In this document: piece by piece, positions 60,136 to 64,000 of the stretch
Position numbering within the stretch: the first letter of the stretch is position 1
Layout: each line of letters opens with the position of its first letter
NCBI GenBank assembly: GCA_964016885.1
Contig: OZ024741.1
Coordinates: 342,984,001-343,048,000, forward strand
DNA: 64,000 bases
Direction: 5' to 3'
Origin: Eledone cirrhosa
Lineage: Eukaryota
Program-made: the position numbers and the translations under genes
Notes under the pieces: generated by a model
The model's input: only the letters and a program-made list of their open reading frames with translations
Told to the model about the DNA's origin: nothing
The model's database searches: none

Positions 60136-60136
<1 letters not shown>

Positions 60137-60780
60137 ACTAGAAATTGATTGACATATATATATCTAAAATAAACATATGAAACAATCACAGGATAATCTA
60201 TAAATGTGTGCAAGCACACACAGCTATGTGGGTAACTGGGTAACTAATTAAAGTTTAACTAGAACTTCAAAAATAGATACCTTATAGATACCTGCTATTT
60301 CTAGTTGTCGATAACCCTATTCACGCCACTGGGACGAAGCTGGCGCGATGTGTGTATTTGTATTAAATGCAACACGTGCTAATAGTTAGTCACAGATTTG
60401 AATTTGATGTGTAAACACAGATAGTTAAGTCTTCTTCCTTGTTGAAAATCCAGGATTTGGCTATTGTCGTTTACCAATCGATTAATTGGTGAAATATATT
60501 TCTTTAATGAAATATATACAAGGAAGATCAATCAATTTATAAGGTATCTATTTTTGAAGTTCTAGTTAAACTTTAATTAGTGACCCACATAGCTGTGTGT
60601 GCTTGCACACCTTTACAGATTATCCCCTGTGATTGTTTCATATGTTTATTTTATATATATATATATGTCAATCAATTTCTAGTTCATATAAAATGCTTGG
60701 ATCTATTCATTGGAATCTTGGAGCATATTTTACAGTGGATATCTCTCTGAAATGACACCCTTAATTTAATTTAAATTTTG
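60136..60780 (+). mobile_element. Inverted-arm element (60136-60285 and 60539-60684) with divergent HHR-like fold (60432-60528); 3' end shared with 7629-7710 (-)
   Basis: TCTTCCTTG TTGAAAA...GAAAT ATATA CAAGGAAGA. Confidence 0.65.
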
Positions 60781-60884
60781 GATATATATATAAGTTTGTA
60801 AAAGGTAAACAGAAATAACAACACAATCGGTACAGTATATGGAAGGGATATGTTAGGTTAACGCTTAATATATCAGGAAGAGGA

Positions 60885-60920
60885 TCTTAACGTTTCGGAC
60901 GCTAGTCTTTCATCAGAAGA
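60885..60920 (-). ncRNA. Minimal HHR
   Basis: TCTT CTGATGA AAGAC TAGC GTCC GAAAC GTT AAGA. Confidence 0.65.
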
Positions 60921-61047
60921 AAGAATGAGAAATAAGATAGATTGAGGGGACGGGCGGGATGGTATTGGAAAAAAGTCTTTAGATAAAAATAACAGGTCCA
61001 TTCATGTTGACATCTCTTGCAATCCGAAGAGGATTATATATATATAT

Positions 61048-61422
61048 CACCTTGATCACATTGACCGACCAGTCTTTCGGCGCCGCTGGTTTAGCCATAC
61101 GATGACGCCATTCCACTGGCTGGGCGGGCAAGCCGTAAGTCTAAAGTCTGTCTTAAGCCGGAAGGCTCATTTGGCCGGTGCTTATCTCGGTTTCATGGCG
61201 TGAAGCGACTGAGAGTACAAGACTACCCCCTCGATAGGACACCAGTCCATCGCAGGGTTAAACCTCCAGCTATTGCTGGTACACATTTTCAGCTGAGTAA
61301 ACTGGAGCAACGTGAAATAAAGTGTCTTGCTCAAGGAAACAACACACACCCGGTCCGAGAATTGAACTCACAACCTTTCGATTGCAAGCCTACTGCTCTA
61401 ACCACTAAGCCATGCGCCTTCA
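61048..61422 (-). mobile_element. SINE family B head with a third body type
   Basis: gtgaaggcgcatggcttagtggttagagc...gagttcaattctcggacc...ccttgagcaagacactttatttcacgttgctcc. Confidence 0.85.
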
Positions 61423-61432
61423 CACACACACA

Positions 61433-62395
<963 letters not shown>

Positions 62396-62402
62396 TAAAT
62401 GC

Positions 62403-62439
<37 letters not shown>

Positions 62440-62450
62440 AATATAAATGC

Positions 62451-62487
<37 letters not shown>

Positions 62488-62498
62488 AATATAAATGC

Positions 62499-62533
<35 letters not shown>

Positions 62534-62541
62534 AATATAAA

Positions 62542-62601
<60 letters not shown>

Positions 62602-62621
62602 AATACATATATATATATAAA

Positions 62622-62677
<56 letters not shown>

Positions 62678-62679
62678 AA

Positions 62680-62735
<56 letters not shown>

Positions 62736-62772
62736 AATGCATATATATATATATATATATATATATAAATGC

Positions 62773-62804
<32 letters not shown>

Positions 62805-63118
62805 ACATATATATATATATATGCTGAAACCGGTAATTGACAATAATTAAATATATAAATAGATAAATAAATGCCATTGTTAAATAATAAATAAATCAAC
62901 TAATACCTTAACACTTCACACAAAGTAAAACATTTCGTTTTAATCATTTTCTAACCCAGAAAAAAGAGAGAGAAATGCAATAAAGGAAGAAAAAAATGTT
63001 TCTTCATAATCGTCTCTTTCTCCCTGTTTTCATATATATATATATATATACATATATATATAATCCTCTTCGGATTTTAGTCTTCACATTATTATTACAA
63101 TAAAAAAAAAAATATATA

Positions 63119-63435
63119 TATAATTAAGGTTTAGCAAATAAGAAAAAGTTTCAAAATAAATTTCAAAAAAACATTCATTCATTCCACATCATTCATTCTC
63201 ATCTCGGGAACAGTTTTGAATAGCGCCAGTTCGTAATTTGAACTCGGGAATGTTATGTTCTTCGAGTGAAAAGAACCTTCTGACGAGAGTTTATCTTTTC
63301 AATGGAAGGCCGCAAGGACTGTCCATTTATTTTTGAGACTCGAAACCGATTCGGTAAAGGTAACCATAGTGAGTACAGTGAATTTTTTGAAATTTATTTT
63401 GAAACTTTTTCTTATTTGTTAAACCTTCATTATAT
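63119..63435 (+). mobile_element. Short inverted-arm element with a complete type I HHR (63275-63361)
   Basis: ACCTT CTGACGA GAGTTT [43 nt] AGACTC GAAAC CGA T TCG GTA AAGGT. Confidence 0.8.
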
Positions 63436-63536
63436 ATGTTCTGGCTCGTTAATTTATTAACCTGCCATTGAACCACATTGGCATATGGTTGGACAATACA
63501 TGTGTCCCTTAGCGCCTTGTGCGTGTAGGAATATAT

Positions 63537-63588
<52 letters not shown>

Positions 63589-63643
63589 TATATACATTCA
63601 ACCTGAAATCGAGAGGCTATAAATATATATATATATATATATA

Positions 63644-63825
63644 TATAGAAGAGCTTCTACAGGACTAGAACTGTTTCATTCGTGAGAAATCTTCAGGGCT
63701 TCCTGATGATTTCTCACGAATGAAACAGTTCTAGTCCTGTAGAAGCTCTTCTATATTAAAACTTTTATACTCTGCTATGTATTGAGTACCTTACTGTGGT
63801 TACCTCCGATTCAACCCGGAATAAC
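63644..63825. mobile_element. Back-to-back HHR palindrome (63644-63696 - and 63697-63755 +)
   Basis: GGCTTC CTGATGA TTTC TCAC GAAT GAA ACAG TTCTAGTC CTGT A GAAGCT; mirror copy has CTGAAGA. Confidence 0.85.
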
Positions 63826-64000
63826 TTATAAATATATATATATATATAAACTAATAAAAACAATGAATAAAAACAAAGAACAAGTTCTTTATATTAAAAA
63901 ATTCATCATTTTACGATCGTTTCTAGGATATATATGTGTGTTGGTATGTATATTATATAGTTCTATGTAAAAATATTACAAACTATCAGAGGAAATACAC

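Overview
Eukaryotic, gene-free and almost entirely repetitive DNA; the SINEs and (TA)n load resemble an octopod cephalopod (inference). No host gene is supportable, and nearly all long ORFs in the track are microsatellite artefacts. Coding remnants are all retroelements: an L1/Tx1-clade LINE family stacked in (ATCT)n, an RTE-clade LINE with three C2H2 fingers and a non-autonomous partner, a near-complete Penelope-like element (PLE; RT plus C-terminal GIY-YIG) and three other PLE endonuclease fragments. The main signal is that the short non-coding islands between (TA)n tracts are palindromic or tandem elements carrying about 30 type I hammerhead ribozyme (HHR)-like motifs on both strands, counted by eye. 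These include minimal forms, core variants and forms with very long stem II inserts. Several palindromes fold back within the ribozyme itself. All folds were read by eye; none was computed or tested.
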